Shown: positions 19,574 to 30,135 of the stretch, piece after piece
Position numbering within the stretch: position 1 is the stretch's first letter
Layout: every line of letters begins with the position of its first letter
Assembly: GCA_963725665.1 (NCBI GenBank)
Contig: CAVRZA010000003.1
Location: forward strand, 234,894 to 298,893
DNA from: an uncultured Actinomycetes bacterium
GTDB lineage: Bacteria > Actinomycetota > Thermoleophilia > UBA2241
Reading direction: 5' to 3'
DNA length: 64,000 nt
Made by a program: the position numbers and the translations under genes
Notes under the pieces: generated by a model
Told to the model about the DNA's origin: nothing
Database searches by the model: none
What the model saw: only the letters and a program-made list of their open reading frames with translations

Positions 19574-20199
19574 GCGCCGGCGCATCACGACCGAAGAAGA
19601 AGTCGCAACGACCGGCCAGGCCGGCAGGCGAGATCCGCAAGCCTTACCCCGTGTGGCTCGTCACCACCGCGGCCTTCCTGCTGCCGGGCAGCGGCCAGAT
19701 GCTGAACGGTTTTCCCGTGCGAGGGATCATCATGCAGTTCTTCATGATCGTCCTCGGGTTTGTCACGTACAAGATCAGCAGCCCCGACATCTCGTTCATC
19801 GGCCGGTTCGCCGGCGGCATCTTCGTGTACGTCTTCTCGGTCATCGACGCCAACACCGTGGCGAAGCGCGCCATGGCTGCGTGGGAACGGATGGGTGAGG
19901 GCGGCGGCGGAGCCGGGAGCGGGCCCACGTCGTCCGGTCGGCGCCCCAATAAGGATCGAGAGCCGCAGAAAGGCGCCAAACCGTCGCGGCGCCGCGTCCA
20001 GGGGGAGGGCGAGACGCGGCAACGACCGCCGGTGCGGACCAAGCCAACGAAGCCGACGAACCCGACCAAGCCAACGAAGCCGAAGAACTCGACGAACCAG
20101 ACGAAGCCAACGAGGCCTCCCGGCGAGCCCCCCCTCAAGGGGGGCGGAGGCGTCCGCGTGGCACTCGCTGCGCGCGGGGAGTCAACAGGAGTGAGCTGA
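19570..20199 (+). CDS. Three-TM membrane protein with Pro-Thr-Lys repeat tail
   Basis: LLPGSGQMLNG...RG motif, TM helices, basic (PTK)n tail. Confidence 0.7.
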   Translation: MSAGASRPKKKSQRPARPAGEIRKPYPVWLVTTAAFLLPGSGQMLNGFPVRGIIMQFFMIVLGFVTYKISSPDISFIGRFAGGIFVYVFSVIDANTVAKRAMAAWERMGEGGGGAGSGPTSSGRRPNKDREPQKGAKPSRRRVQGEGETRQRPPVRTKPTKPTNPTKPTKPKNSTNQTKPTRPPGEPPLKGGGGVRVALAARGESTGVS

Positions 20200-20277
20200 G
20201 CGCCGGCCGACGCGTCTGCGGATCCGGCCGGCCTGGGTATACTCTTTTAGTACGGCAACGAGCTTGGGACTTCGGAA

Positions 20278-22130
20278 GTGAATGCAGAGGTGTCACCTCC
20301 GCACGACGCAGGGGACACCTCCGGTAACCCAGATCCCAGGCGGATCGCCCCATTCCTGTCTCACCACCCGCTTCTCGAGGGCCTTAGCCGTGACGATCGC
20401 GAGAGAATGGCCGAGATGGTCGTCGTGCGTTGCGTGCCGGCGGGCGAGTCGGTCCTCGTCGAGGGCGGGCCGCCAGGTACGTATCTCTTCGTCGTCGTGG
20501 AAGGGTCGATGGAAGTCCTGGCCGGGGGCCTTGTCGTCGACGTGCTGACGAGTGGGGAGGTGTTCGGCGCCCCGACCCTGGTCACGGGTCTTGCCCCAGG
20601 GTTCTCGGTTCGCGCGCGCGAAGGCTCGACGTTGTATCTCGTCCCTCGAGAGGCGGCGATCGAGCTGCTCCTTCGCCCTGAGGGGGTCGCATTCGTGGTG
20701 GCGTCCTTGCGAGACCGGCTCGTTCACACCTCGCGGACGTTCAGATCGGTCGCCGACCCGCGGAGCGTTCCCGTTTCTTCTCTCATCCGTCGCGCGCCTG
20801 TCATCTGCCAGGCCGACACGCCCATTCGCGACGTGGCCATGATCATGAGCCAGGAGGTCGTAGCCGCTGTCCTCGTGGAGACCCGCCAGGGTCTCGGCAT
20901 CGTCACCGACGCCGATCTGCGCGACAGAGTACTGGCCGCTGGATTGTCGGCGCATGCTCCGGTCGGCTCGATCACGACCACTCCGGTCCGCACCATCAGC
21001 GCCGAGCGCCTGGCGCCCGAGGCGAGCATCGAGATGATGCAAGCCGGCATCAACCATCTGGTCGTCATCGATGCCGCTGGTGGCGTGCTCGGCATCGTTT
21101 CGGCCGGCAGCCTGATGGCCCCCGATGCGCTGAGCCCCTTCGCTCTGCGCTGGTCGATCCTGGCTGCACGCAGCGTAGACGAGGTCGTCGAGGCGGCCAT
21201 CCGTCTGCCAGAGGTGTTCGTCTCACTCACCGACCAGCACCTAGACGCCCCGACGATCTTGCGCGTGGTCACGCTGGTGGTCGACACGCTTACGCGCCGC
21301 TTGCTCGAACTCGCCGTCCGGCAGCTGGGACGGCCGTCTGTTCCCTACGCTTGGCTTGCTCTCGGCAGCGCCGCGCGCAGCGAGCTCACCCTCGTCTCCG
21401 ACCAGGACAACGCGCTGGCCTATGCCGACTCGGACGACCCCTCGGTCGACGCGTACTTCGAGCGACTGGGAGAGGCGGTTAACGATGGCGTGGCACGCTG
21501 CGGCTTTGCGGCCGATCAGTCGGGAGTGCTGGCTCGAGATCCGCACTGGCGCATGTCCCGGTCCGACTGGGTGCATGTCTTCCAGGAGTGCTACGACGTG
21601 TGGGACTGGGAGCACGCAGCGCGGGCCTGCGTGGCCTTCGACTTCCGCTGTATCGACGGCGATCTGGACATCGTGACCCCTCTGACCGAGGTCGTGCTGA
21701 GGGCTCCCGACCATCCCGCGCTGTTGAACCGGCTCGCCCGTTCGGTGGTCGATACACGTTCGCCCCTCGGCTTCCGCCAGCACTTGCCCGATCGGGTTGA
21801 CATCAAGAGGAGCGCTCTGCTGCCAATCGAGAACATCGCGCGCTACTTCGCGCTTGCGAATCGGATCACCGTGCCGGCGACGTTGGATCGTCTCACCGCC
21901 GTGGAGGAGCTGGCCATTCTCGAGACCGAGATAGTGATCGCCCTGCAGGAGGCCTACCGCGCCATGGCTCACCTCCGGCTGCGCCACCATGCAGACGCCA
22001 TCGAGAGGGGCGACGCGTTGACGACACCATTGACACGACTACGCTACAGCCGTTGGCACGCGTGGAAGTGCACGAGGCACTGCGGCTGATTGCGGCCGCC
22101 CAGAAACGGGTGCCACTCTACGTGACGTGA
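20278..22130 (+). CDS. cNMP-binding/CBS/DUF294 putative nucleotidyltransferase, copy 1 (frameshift near 22010)
   Basis: cNMP domain (GEVFG), CBS pair (GIVTDADLR), WLALGSAARSELTLVSDQDNAL, DIKRSALLPI. Confidence 0.88.
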
Positions 22131-22274
22131 GGTCGAACGGCCCTCGCTGGCGGTCGGTGATGCATCCCTTGTCGCAAGTCCGGGCTCGAGGATGCCCGCG
22201 ATGTGGCGAGGGGTCGACGCCAGGGTAGACTCAAGATCGCGGCGGCTCCGCGCGAGCGCCCTCCAGTAGCGGGA

Positions 22275-24165
22275 GTGAGTCATGGCCACAGAACGGCCAG
22301 CCGAACAGCGCGACGAGCGCATCGCCTTCTGCTCGACGACGTGCGGCGGATAGCGATCTTCCTGTCGCGAGTGCCTCCGTTCAACGGACTCAACCGGCGC
22401 GAGCGCGAGCGGATAGCCGCCTCGGTCGAGAAGTGGGAGCTGGCGCCGGGAAGCGTCCTCCTCGTCGAAGGCGGCCCGCCGGGCACCCGTCTGTTCGTCG
22501 TCTTCGACGGTGTCCTCGAGCTGACGACCAGGGGACAGGTGATCGACGTCGTCACGAGTGGCGGTCAGTGGTGGGTCACCCGAGCTCTCGTCACCGGTCT
22601 CGCGCCCGAGTTGACGGTGCGGGCTCGCGACCAGGTCGTTCTTTACGCGATCCCTCGGACGATCGCCATCGACGTGCTCAGCCGCCCGCAGGGGGTCGCC
22701 TTCGTGACCGGCACTCTGCGCGAGCGGCTCGTGCGCACGGCGCAAATGATCGAATCGGCTTCTGACCAGACGAGCGGCCCGTGTCGTCGCTCATCCGCCG
22801 CCCCCCGTGATCTGCAGCCCCGATACCCCGGTGCGCGAGGCGGCGCGAGATGATGAGCGCCCAAGTCGCAAGCGCCATTCTCGTCGAGACACGCGAGGGT
22901 CTCGGCATCGTCTCCAACGCCGACTTGCGCGACAAGGTCGTCGCCCTCGGCGTCTCTCCCGACACTCCCGTCAGCTCGATCATGACGACGCCTGTGGTGA
23001 CCGTACGCGGCGACCAGCTCGCGACGGAGGCCGGCATCGAGATGATGCGCGCGGGGATCAACCACCTGGTGGTCGTCGACGCGCGCGAACGTGTGCTCGG
23101 AGTCATATCGGCTGCGAGCCTGATGAGTACGGATGCGCCAGCCCGCTGGTCTTGCGCTCGGCTATTACCGCGGCTCACGATGTGGAGGAGGTCGTTGAGG
23201 CGGCGAAGCTCATGCCACAGGTCTTCGTCTCACTCGTCGATGCGCGTCTCGATGCACCGAGCCGTCTCGCGCATCATCACTCTGCAGAGCGACTCGCTAA
23301 CGCAACGTCTTGCTGGAACTCGCCATCGAACGTCACGGTCCGCCGCCTACGCCTTTCGCCTGGCTTGCCCTCGGCAGCGGAGGACGCGGTGAGCTGACGC
23401 TGGCCTCGGACCAGGACAACGCTTTGGCGTACGCGGACTCCGACGACCCGGAGGTCGACTCCTACTTCGAGGGTCTGGCCGCCGACGTCAACGGAGGCTT
23501 GGCTCGCTGCGGGTTCGAGCTCGACGTCTCCGGAGTGCTGGCGAGCGACCACCACTGGCGCATGTCGCGATCGGACTGGGTCAGGGTCTTCAGGGAGTGC
23601 TTTGAGGTCTGGGATCTCGAGCACACGCTGCGAGCCAGCGTTGCCTTTCGATTTTCGCCAGGTCGCCGGTGATCTCGACGTCGTCACTCCGCTCGTGGAG
23701 GTGCTTCTCGATGCGCCAGACCATCCTTCGCTCCTCAACAGGGTCGCGCGGACAGTGACCGACATCCGCTCGCCGCTCGGCTTTCGGCAGCGTCTGACGG
23801 GACCAGTCGATATCAAGAAGAGCGCGCTTCTGCCCATCGAGAACATGGCTCGCTACTTTGCGCTCGCCAACAGGGTGACCGTCTCTGCCACTCTCGACCG
23901 TCTCTCCGCCGTGCAGGAGCTGGGCGGTTTCGGGGCGACGACGGCTGCCGAGCTGCCCGAGGCATACCGGGCGGTGTGGAACCTGCGGCTGCGCCATCAC
24001 GCCAATGCCGTTCGCGCCGGTCGTCGCATCGACGACGCCATCGACTCGACCCAGCTTCGCCCACTGACGTACGCGGAGCTGCAGGAGGCCCTGCGGGTCA
24101 TCGCGTCGGCTCAGAAGCACGTGCCCGAGATCGTAATGCCGAGAGACATGGAGCGGATGGCGTAG
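22275..24165 (+). CDS. cNMP-binding/CBS/DUF294 putative nucleotidyltransferase, copy 2 (several frameshifts; error or pseudogene)
   Basis: Colinear paralog of copy 1 spread over several frames: GIVSNADLR, WLALGSGGRGELTLASDQDNAL, DIKKSALLPI; start uncertain. Confidence 0.8.
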
Positions 24166-24485
24166 CGCGCCCTTGCGAGCGTACGTGGGCCGCAGCTCGC
24201 ATGTGGCGGCGTTTGTGATTCAGGTGACATAATGGCTGCACTGAGTCGCGGACTCCGGTTTCCCGATCCGGGCTGGCGCCGGTCGGTGTCCACCTTGCAG
24301 GGTGGGACGACGCTTAGCACGGCGGCGGGAGGCTCGTTAGGTGAAGGTGCCATCGACACGCCGGCAGAACGGCTCGACGCACTCGAGCTGACCGCGGGCA
24401 CGGCCTCGGTCGGCCGCCGCCCCACCCACCTCCTTAGCGAACCAGTCACCCCGGGCTCTACTTACGCAACGGAGGTGTGACCTAA

Positions 24486-25886
24486 GTGAGCAAGATACTG
24501 ACCCGCATGGGGGACGGCAGCTTCGTCGAGCTGACGCCCGACGAACTTCGTGCAGACATCGTCGCGGCTACCGAAGATGCGGCCGACAAGGGCAAGATCC
24601 CTCCCTTGCAGGACGACGAGATCGACAAGCTCGTCGAGATATTCTCCGCGCCGTGGCGCGTGATCGGGGTCGAGCCTGGTCACGAGGTTCCCCTCACCAA
24701 GGATGAGACGGCGTGCACCCTTGTTTCATCGCAGCTGTCGAGTGGCGCTCACCTGCCGATCAGCCGTGAGGCGGCGGTCGAGATCTTCGAGCGCGTGTTC
24801 GCCTTCGACACCATGGAGCTGGGCTGGATCGACTACTCCTTCAAACCGGCGAAGGCGATGGTCTCGCTCGACCAAGTGTCGATCGAGCGCCTGCTCGCTA
24901 CGACGGTCTTCCCGGTTCTCTACGGCGCGATGCCCAACATGGGCCTCTACTACACGCCGGACGGGCCTTTTACGAACCCCGCCGATCTGCTCGGCATGAT
25001 GAAGATCGCCGAGGCGCGCGAAGAAGAGATGAAGGCCGCCGAGATGTGCATGGAAGACATGATCTACATGTGCAAGCGCTTCGATGAGATCGGCGCCGAC
25101 GGCATCGACTTCGATACGACCGCATCGGCCGGCGACGCCGACTTCTGGGCGACGCTGAAGACCGTCGAAGAGCTCAAGAAGACGACCAAGCTGGGCATCG
25201 AGGTCGGCATGTCCGGCGAGTTCATCCTCGGCATGCACGGCGAGGTCGAGTACAACGGCAAGAAGCTCGCCGGCATGTTCCCGCACCAGCAGCTCAAGGT
25301 CGTGGAGGAGGCCGGCGCCGACATCTTCGGCCCGGTCGTCAACACCAAGACCAACAAGTCGGCGCCGTGGAACGTCGCTCGCGCCGTGACCTTCGTGAAG
25401 GAAGTCTGCAAGCAGGCCAAGATCCCGATCCACGCCAACGTGGGTATGGGCGTGGGCGGCACACCCATGTTCGAGACACCGCCGGTCGACGCCCTTAGTC
25501 GAGCCAGCGTGGCGATGGTCGAGATCGCCAAGGTCGACGGGTTGTAGGTTGGCGTGGGCGATCCCTTCGGGATGTCCGTAACTCACGCGATTGCCTCCGG
25601 CATGGGTGGCATTCGTACCGCTGGAGATCTGGTGGCGCGGATGCAGCTCAACTACCGGATGAGGCTCCCCGAGGCGAAGAAGTACGTCGCCGACAAGCTT
25701 CACGTGAGCACCTTCGACCTGTCGGATTCGACCGTCATGCGCAACCTGCGCGAGGAGCTCGATATCGGCTGCGTCGAAGCCATCCCCGGCCTCGCCAAGG
25801 GGCTGGCGGCGAAGGCTCGCATCGCCGATCTTCTCGATATCAAGATCGAGTGCGTCGAGAAGCTCAAAGCGAAGATGCCGGCCTGA
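24486..25886 (+). CDS. mtbB: Dimethylamine:corrinoid methyltransferase MtbB, pyrrolysine at TAG 25545-25547 (466 aa read-through, Pyl354)
   Basis: TRMGDG N-terminus, [11 protein letters not shown]; junction [22 protein letters not shown]...AGDLVARMQ matches MtbB VDGI-O-IGVGDPLGM; the two halves are in frame. Confidence 0.96.
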
Positions 25887-25941
25887 CGCGCAAGGCGAGA
25901 GCCCCAGGGTTGACGCAATCCGATTGTTGGAGGTCACAGGC

Positions 25942-26586
25942 ATGGCAAACGAAGAGTTCTTCGCCGAGGCAAACGCGGCGATCAAGGCGTGCGACAAGGA
26001 GAAAGCCATCGCTGCCGCCAAGCGCGGGCTGGCGGCGGGCATCCCGCCCGACGAGATGCTGAAGAAGGGCTTCGTCGTCGGCATCTCTGAGATGGGCGAC
26101 CTTTTCGAGCGCGGCGAGGTTTTCCTTCCGGAGCTCGTCCTTGCGGCCGACGCCATGATGGGCGCCGCCGAGGTGTGCAACGCGGCGCTGCCCGAGGGCA
26201 AAGGCGAGAAGAAGGGCACCGTAGTCATCGGGACCGTTCAGGGAGACGTGCACGACATCGGCAAGACGATCGTCGTCGCGTTCCTGCGCGCGAACGGTTA
26301 CGACGTTCACGACCTCGGCCGCGACGTCGCGGGCGCCAAGTTCATCGACAAGGCCGCCGAGGTCAACGCGGACGTCGTCGGCATGAGCGCTCTCCTGACG
26401 ACCACCATGCGCGAGCAGATCAGGGTGCTCGATGCAATGAAGACGGCCGGCGTGCGCGACAAGTACAAGGTCATCGTCGGCGGCGGCGCATCGACCCAGA
26501 AATGGGCCGACAAGATCGGCGCCGATGCTTACGCGGAGGACGCCAACGACGGCGTGAAGAAGATCAACGAGCTCACCGGCAACTGA
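25942..26586 (+). CDS. mtbC: Cognate corrinoid protein (MtbC-like)
   Basis: GTVQGDVHDIGK, SALLTTTM, IGADAYAEDA; follows mtbB; close paralog of 12587..13231. Confidence 0.9.
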   Translation: MANEEFFAEANAAIKACDKEKAIAAAKRGLAAGIPPDEMLKKGFVVGISEMGDLFERGEVFLPELVLAADAMMGAAEVCNAALPEGKGEKKGTVVIGTVQGDVHDIGKTIVVAFLRANGYDVHDLGRDVAGAKFIDKAAEVNADVVGMSALLTTTMREQIRVLDAMKTAGVRDKYKVIVGGGASTQKWADKIGADAYAEDANDGVKKINELTGN

Positions 26587-26612
26587 CCGGTCGGTCCGGT
26601 CGGATGACGAGC

Positions 26613-26651
26613 GGCGCGGCCCGAGGCGAGAGTCTCGCCTCGGGCCGCGCC
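26613..26651 (+). terminator. Hairpin after mtbC
   Basis: Perfect 18-bp inverted repeat GGCGCGGCCCGAGGCGAG / CTCGCCTCGGGCCGCGCC. Confidence 0.65.
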
Positions 26652-26958
26652 CGTGGACGGTGGGCAAGGCGCCATTTCGGGGACTGGAGGCGCAGGTCGG
26701 GTGCTGGAGGCTCGAGCGGTCGGTGGCCTGGAGATACGCGTTGTCCCTAGGCACTCCCTTCTGTACAGTTCCGCAAAGGAGAGCGCTCCAGGGGGTCGAA
26801 GGACATCGGCTGAGTGGCGATCGAGCGATCGACCGAGCGAGGGCTCGAGTGTCGAGGAAGGGAGATCATCCAGGACGAGTAGCGTGAGCTAGGCCGCTGA
26901 CACACGGCCGTTACCAGCTGTTGGTGTAGTTGTGACATTCGACCAGGGGGAACAGCCA

Positions 26959-28608
26959 ATGGCAGAAGACCAAAGCTCCGAACGGTGGCAAACGTCGGAT
27001 GTGACCGACAAGTACCTCTCCGAATACTCGGACGAGTACAAGCAATCGCGTTTCAAGACCAACATGCGCCGCGACATCAGCTGGGTCGGCGCCTTCTTCG
27101 TCGCCGCCGGCGTGCCGGCGCTCATCTTGTTCTCGATGGGCGGCATCTCGGCCGGCACCGGGCCGGTGGCCGTGCTCGTGTGGACGCTCTCTGTGCTGGT
27201 CGGCTTCGTCGACGCCTTCATCTTCGCCGAGATCGCGGGGCTGCACCCGAAGAAGTCGGGCGGTACCGCCGTGCACGGCGCCACCGCCTGGATCCGCTAC
27301 ATCAGGCCGGCGGCTCCGATCTCGCTGTGGTGCAACTGGCTCGCCTGGACGCCGGTGCTGGCACTCGGCTCCGGTCTCTGTGCGGGGTACCTGCTGTCGG
27401 TCTTCTTCGCTCCAGACGCCACGATCAACACGTGGACGATCGACCTCGTCAATCTCAATTTTCTCAAGAGTGGGCTGGAGCTGCGCATCAACGCCGTGTT
27501 CATCCTCGGCGCGCTCATCATGCTCGCGGTCTGGAACATCCAGCACTACGGCATCCTGCGCACTGCGCGCGTGCAATTGGTGCTCACGATCGGGGCGATG
27601 ACGCCGCTGCTGGTGCTGACCCTGGTCCCGCTGTTCACCGGCGATGTGGTGATGAGCAACTTCTCGCCCTTCGTGCCCGTCAACGGCTCGTGGAACATCG
27701 ACGGCTGGACGGCGTTCCTGGGCTCCTTCTTCATCGCCGCCTGGTCGGCCTACGCCTTCGAGACGGCCATCTGCTACATGAGCGAGTTCAAGAACCCCGG
27801 GCGCGACCAGGCCAAGGCCATCCTCTGGTCGGGTGTGTTCTGCATCTTCTGCTACACCTTGATCCCGTTCGTCTGGCAGGGCGTCCTGGGCACCGACTAC
27901 ATGCTCAAGCCCGAGATCTACTCGGGAGCCGGCGTTCCCGCGGGCTTCGCGGCCATGTTCAACTTCGGCGCTTGGTTCACGAAGTTCTGCGCCATTGCCA
28001 TGTTCTTCACCGTGATGCTCTCGGTGATGACGGCCATGTCCGGCTCGTCCCGCACGCTGTTCCAGGGCGGCCAAGACGGCTGGCTGCCAAAGTACCTCTC
28101 GCACCTCAATGAGCACAAGGTGCCGACCTGGGCCATGTGGACCGACCTCGTCTTCAACCTCTTCCTGCTGCTGATGTCGGACTACGTCTTCGTGCTCGCC
28201 GTCTCCAACTGCAACTACATGATCTTCAACTTCCTCAACCTCAACGCCGGCTGGATCCACCGCAAGGACAACTCCAGGGTTCCGCGGCCCTTCAAAGCTC
28301 CGATGCCGCTGTTCGTGCTGGGAACGAGCTTCGCCTACCTGAACATCTTTCTGTTCGGGGCCGGCGCGAACTTCTGGGGCGCGGGCACGTTCTGGATGGG
28401 ATGGATCTCGGCCCTGATCGCACTGCCGGTCTTCTACTACCGGCACTACGTCACAGACAAGGGCAAGTTCCCGGTGCACATGTTCGACGACCTCATCCCT
28501 GAGGGAGAAACGGCGCTCGGACCGACCACGTGCGGTGTGCTGCCCTACGTCGCCATAGCCGGCGGCCTGGCGTGCATGACCATCGGCTACGTGATCTTCT
28601 GGGTCTGA
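26959..28608 (+). CDS. APC-family permease, probable dimethylamine permease (MtbP-like)
   Basis: GAFFVAAGVP, AEIAGLHPKKSGG, WSAYAFETA, DGWLPKYL; multi-TM; directly after mtbBC. Confidence 0.88.
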   Translation: MAEDQSSERWQTSDVTDKYLSEYSDEYKQSRFKTNMRRDISWVGAFFVAAGVPALILFSMGGISAGTGPVAVLVWTLSVLVGFVDAFIFAEIAGLHPKKSGGTAVHGATAWIRYIRPAAPISLWCNWLAWTPVLALGSGLCAGYLLSVFFAPDATINTWTIDLVNLNFLKSGLELRINAVFILGALIMLAVWNIQHYGILRTARVQLVLTIGAMTPLLVLTLVPLFTGDVVMSNFSPFVPVNGSWNIDGWTAFLGSFFIAAWSAYAFETAICYMSEFKNPGRDQAKAILWSGVFCIFCYTLIPFVWQGVLGTDYMLKPEIYSGAGVPAGFAAMFNFGAWFTKFCAIAMFFTVMLSVMTAMSGSSRTLFQGGQDGWLPKYLSHLNEHKVPTWAMWTDLVFNLFLLLMSDYVFVLAVSNCNYMIFNFLNLNAGWIHRKDNSRVPRPFKAPMPLFVLGTSFAYLNIFLFGAGANFWGAGTFWMGWISALIALPVFYYRHYVTDKGKFPVHMFDDLIPEGETALGPTTCGVLPYVAIAGGLACMTIGYVIFWV

Positions 28609-28693
28609 GAGCCGCAATGTAGCGCGCCGGCCGTGCGGCCGTCGCCGGCCTGCGGAGCGGCCGGCGACGGTTGGGCTAGACGGCGCAACAAGA

Positions 28694-28732
28694 GGGGCCG
28701 CGGCGGAGGCGAAGAGCCTCCGCCGCGGCCCC
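28694..28732. terminator. Bidirectional hairpin between convergent genes
   Basis: Perfect 17-bp stem, GAAGA loop. Confidence 0.65.
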
Positions 28733-28758
28733 CACGTCTTGGGGCGCCGTTTCGCGGC

Positions 28759-29199
28759 CTAGACGACGAGGACCGGGATCCCTCCCGCCTCGTGGAGCAC
28801 CCTGGACGTCGTCGAACCCAATTGGGTCCGTTCGCCCTCACGAGCGCCCGCGCCCTTGGCACCGACGACGATCATGTGGGCGCCGATATCTTGAGCTATG
28901 TTGACCACCGCCACGTCGGGCCGGTCGGGGGTGCAGGCAGTCGCCACTGCGACCCCGGCCTCTCGGACTCGTCCCGCAGCCAGATCGAGCTCGGCTTCGA
29001 TCTGTTTCGAGACCTCGTCCCACAGCTCCTCGACCCCCATCTCTGGGCCGCGGAACCCGATGGCCGGTGCGGGACGATCCTGCGCGCAGGCGATCGTGAT
29101 CTGGCCGTCGGGCATCAACTTGGCGATCTCGACGGCGGTGTCGAGAGCTTTGATCGAGTTCGCAGAGCCGTCGTATCCAACAACGATGTTGTAGGCCAT
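28759..29199 (-). CDS. Universal stress protein
   Basis: IVVGYDGS...MIVVGAKG...LGSTTSRVLH..IPVLVV. Confidence 0.92.
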   Translation of the reverse strand: MAYNIVVGYDGSANSIKALDTAVEIAKLMPDGQITIACAQDRPAPAIGFRGPEMGVEELWDEVSKQIEAELDLAAGRVREAGVAVATACTPDRPDVAVVNIAQDIGAHMIVVGAKGAGAREGERTQLGSTTSRVLHEAGGIPVLVV

Positions 29200-29331
29200 C
29201 CCGCTTCCCCCTTGGTCCCAGATGTATGCGCCAACCTATACCCGGCCCAGCCGTACGGCAATCGAAGGAAGGTCTCAACCTCCTCGGGCAGCATGAGTCG
29301 TCGTGGCCGTCAGCCCTGGCCGGGATGCAGG

Positions 29332-30135
29332 CTACTCCAAGAGCCCGGCGCGATGAGCCTTGAGGTAGTTGCCGCAGTAGGGGTCCTCGCCGCGCAGCGC
29401 CTCGGCGGCCTTGATGGTGGCCAGCATCTCCTTGTTGCGCACGTCGAGCACGGCGCCGTCGATGCCCAGGCCCATGCACATGGCGACGAAGGTGCGGTTG
29501 AGCAGGGGGCGGTTGGGCAGGCCGAAGCTGACGTTGGAGAGGCCGCCGATGGTGCGCACGGGGAGGCGCTCCTTGACCATCCTTAGGGTCTCCATGGTGA
29601 TCACGCCGGCGCTGGAGTCGGCCGAGACGGTGAGCACCAAGGGATCGACCCAGAGCTCGGCGGCGGGCAGGCCGGCGGCGGTCACCAGCTCGTGCATCTT
29701 GGCCGCCACGGCGAAGCGCTCGGCGGCCGTCGCGGGCACGCCCTCGTCGGAGAGGCAGAGGCCCACCACGGAGCAGCCGTGGGCCTTTATCATGGGCAGG
29801 GCGGCGTCGATGCGCTTCTGCTCGCCGCTGATGGAGTTGATGAAGGGCACCTGGCCACCGCCGGCGAGGGCCGCCTCGACGCCGGCCCGTAAGGCCTCGG
29901 GGCTGGCCGAGTCGACCATGAGGCGCCGCTGCGAGACGCTGCGCACCGTCTCGATGAGCCAGCGCATGTCGGCCACCTCGTCGCCGCCGGCCACGCCGGC
30001 GTTGACGTCGAGGACCGCGGCGCCCGCCTCGTCCTGCTCTCGCGCGAGGCCCTTGATGAACTCGGCGTCGCGCGCCGAGATGGCCTCGCCCACCTGCTTA
30101 CGTGTACCGTTGATCGATTCACCCACGAGCAGCAT
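29332..30135 (-). CDS. Pterin-binding methylcorrinoid:tetrahydrofolate methyltransferase (AcsE/MeTr-like)
   Basis: [44 protein letters not shown]; GGAGG RBS. Confidence 0.92.
   Translation of the reverse strand: MLLVGESINGTRKQVGEAISARDAEFIKGLAREQDEAGAAVLDVNAGVAGGDEVADMRWLIETVRSVSQRRLMVDSASPEALRAGVEAALAGGGQVPFINSISGEQKRIDAALPMIKAHGCSVVGLCLSDEGVPATAAERFAVAAKMHELVTAAGLPAAELWVDPLVLTVSADSSAGVITMETLRMVKERLPVRTIGGLSNVSFGLPNRPLLNRTFVAMCMGLGIDGAVLDVRNKEMLATIKAAEALRGEDPYCGNYLKAHRAGLLE

Noticed and set aside
11688-25547. mtmB and mtbB as nonsense pseudogenes
   Set aside because: Both TAGs fall at the known Pyl positions and the downstream halves are intact.
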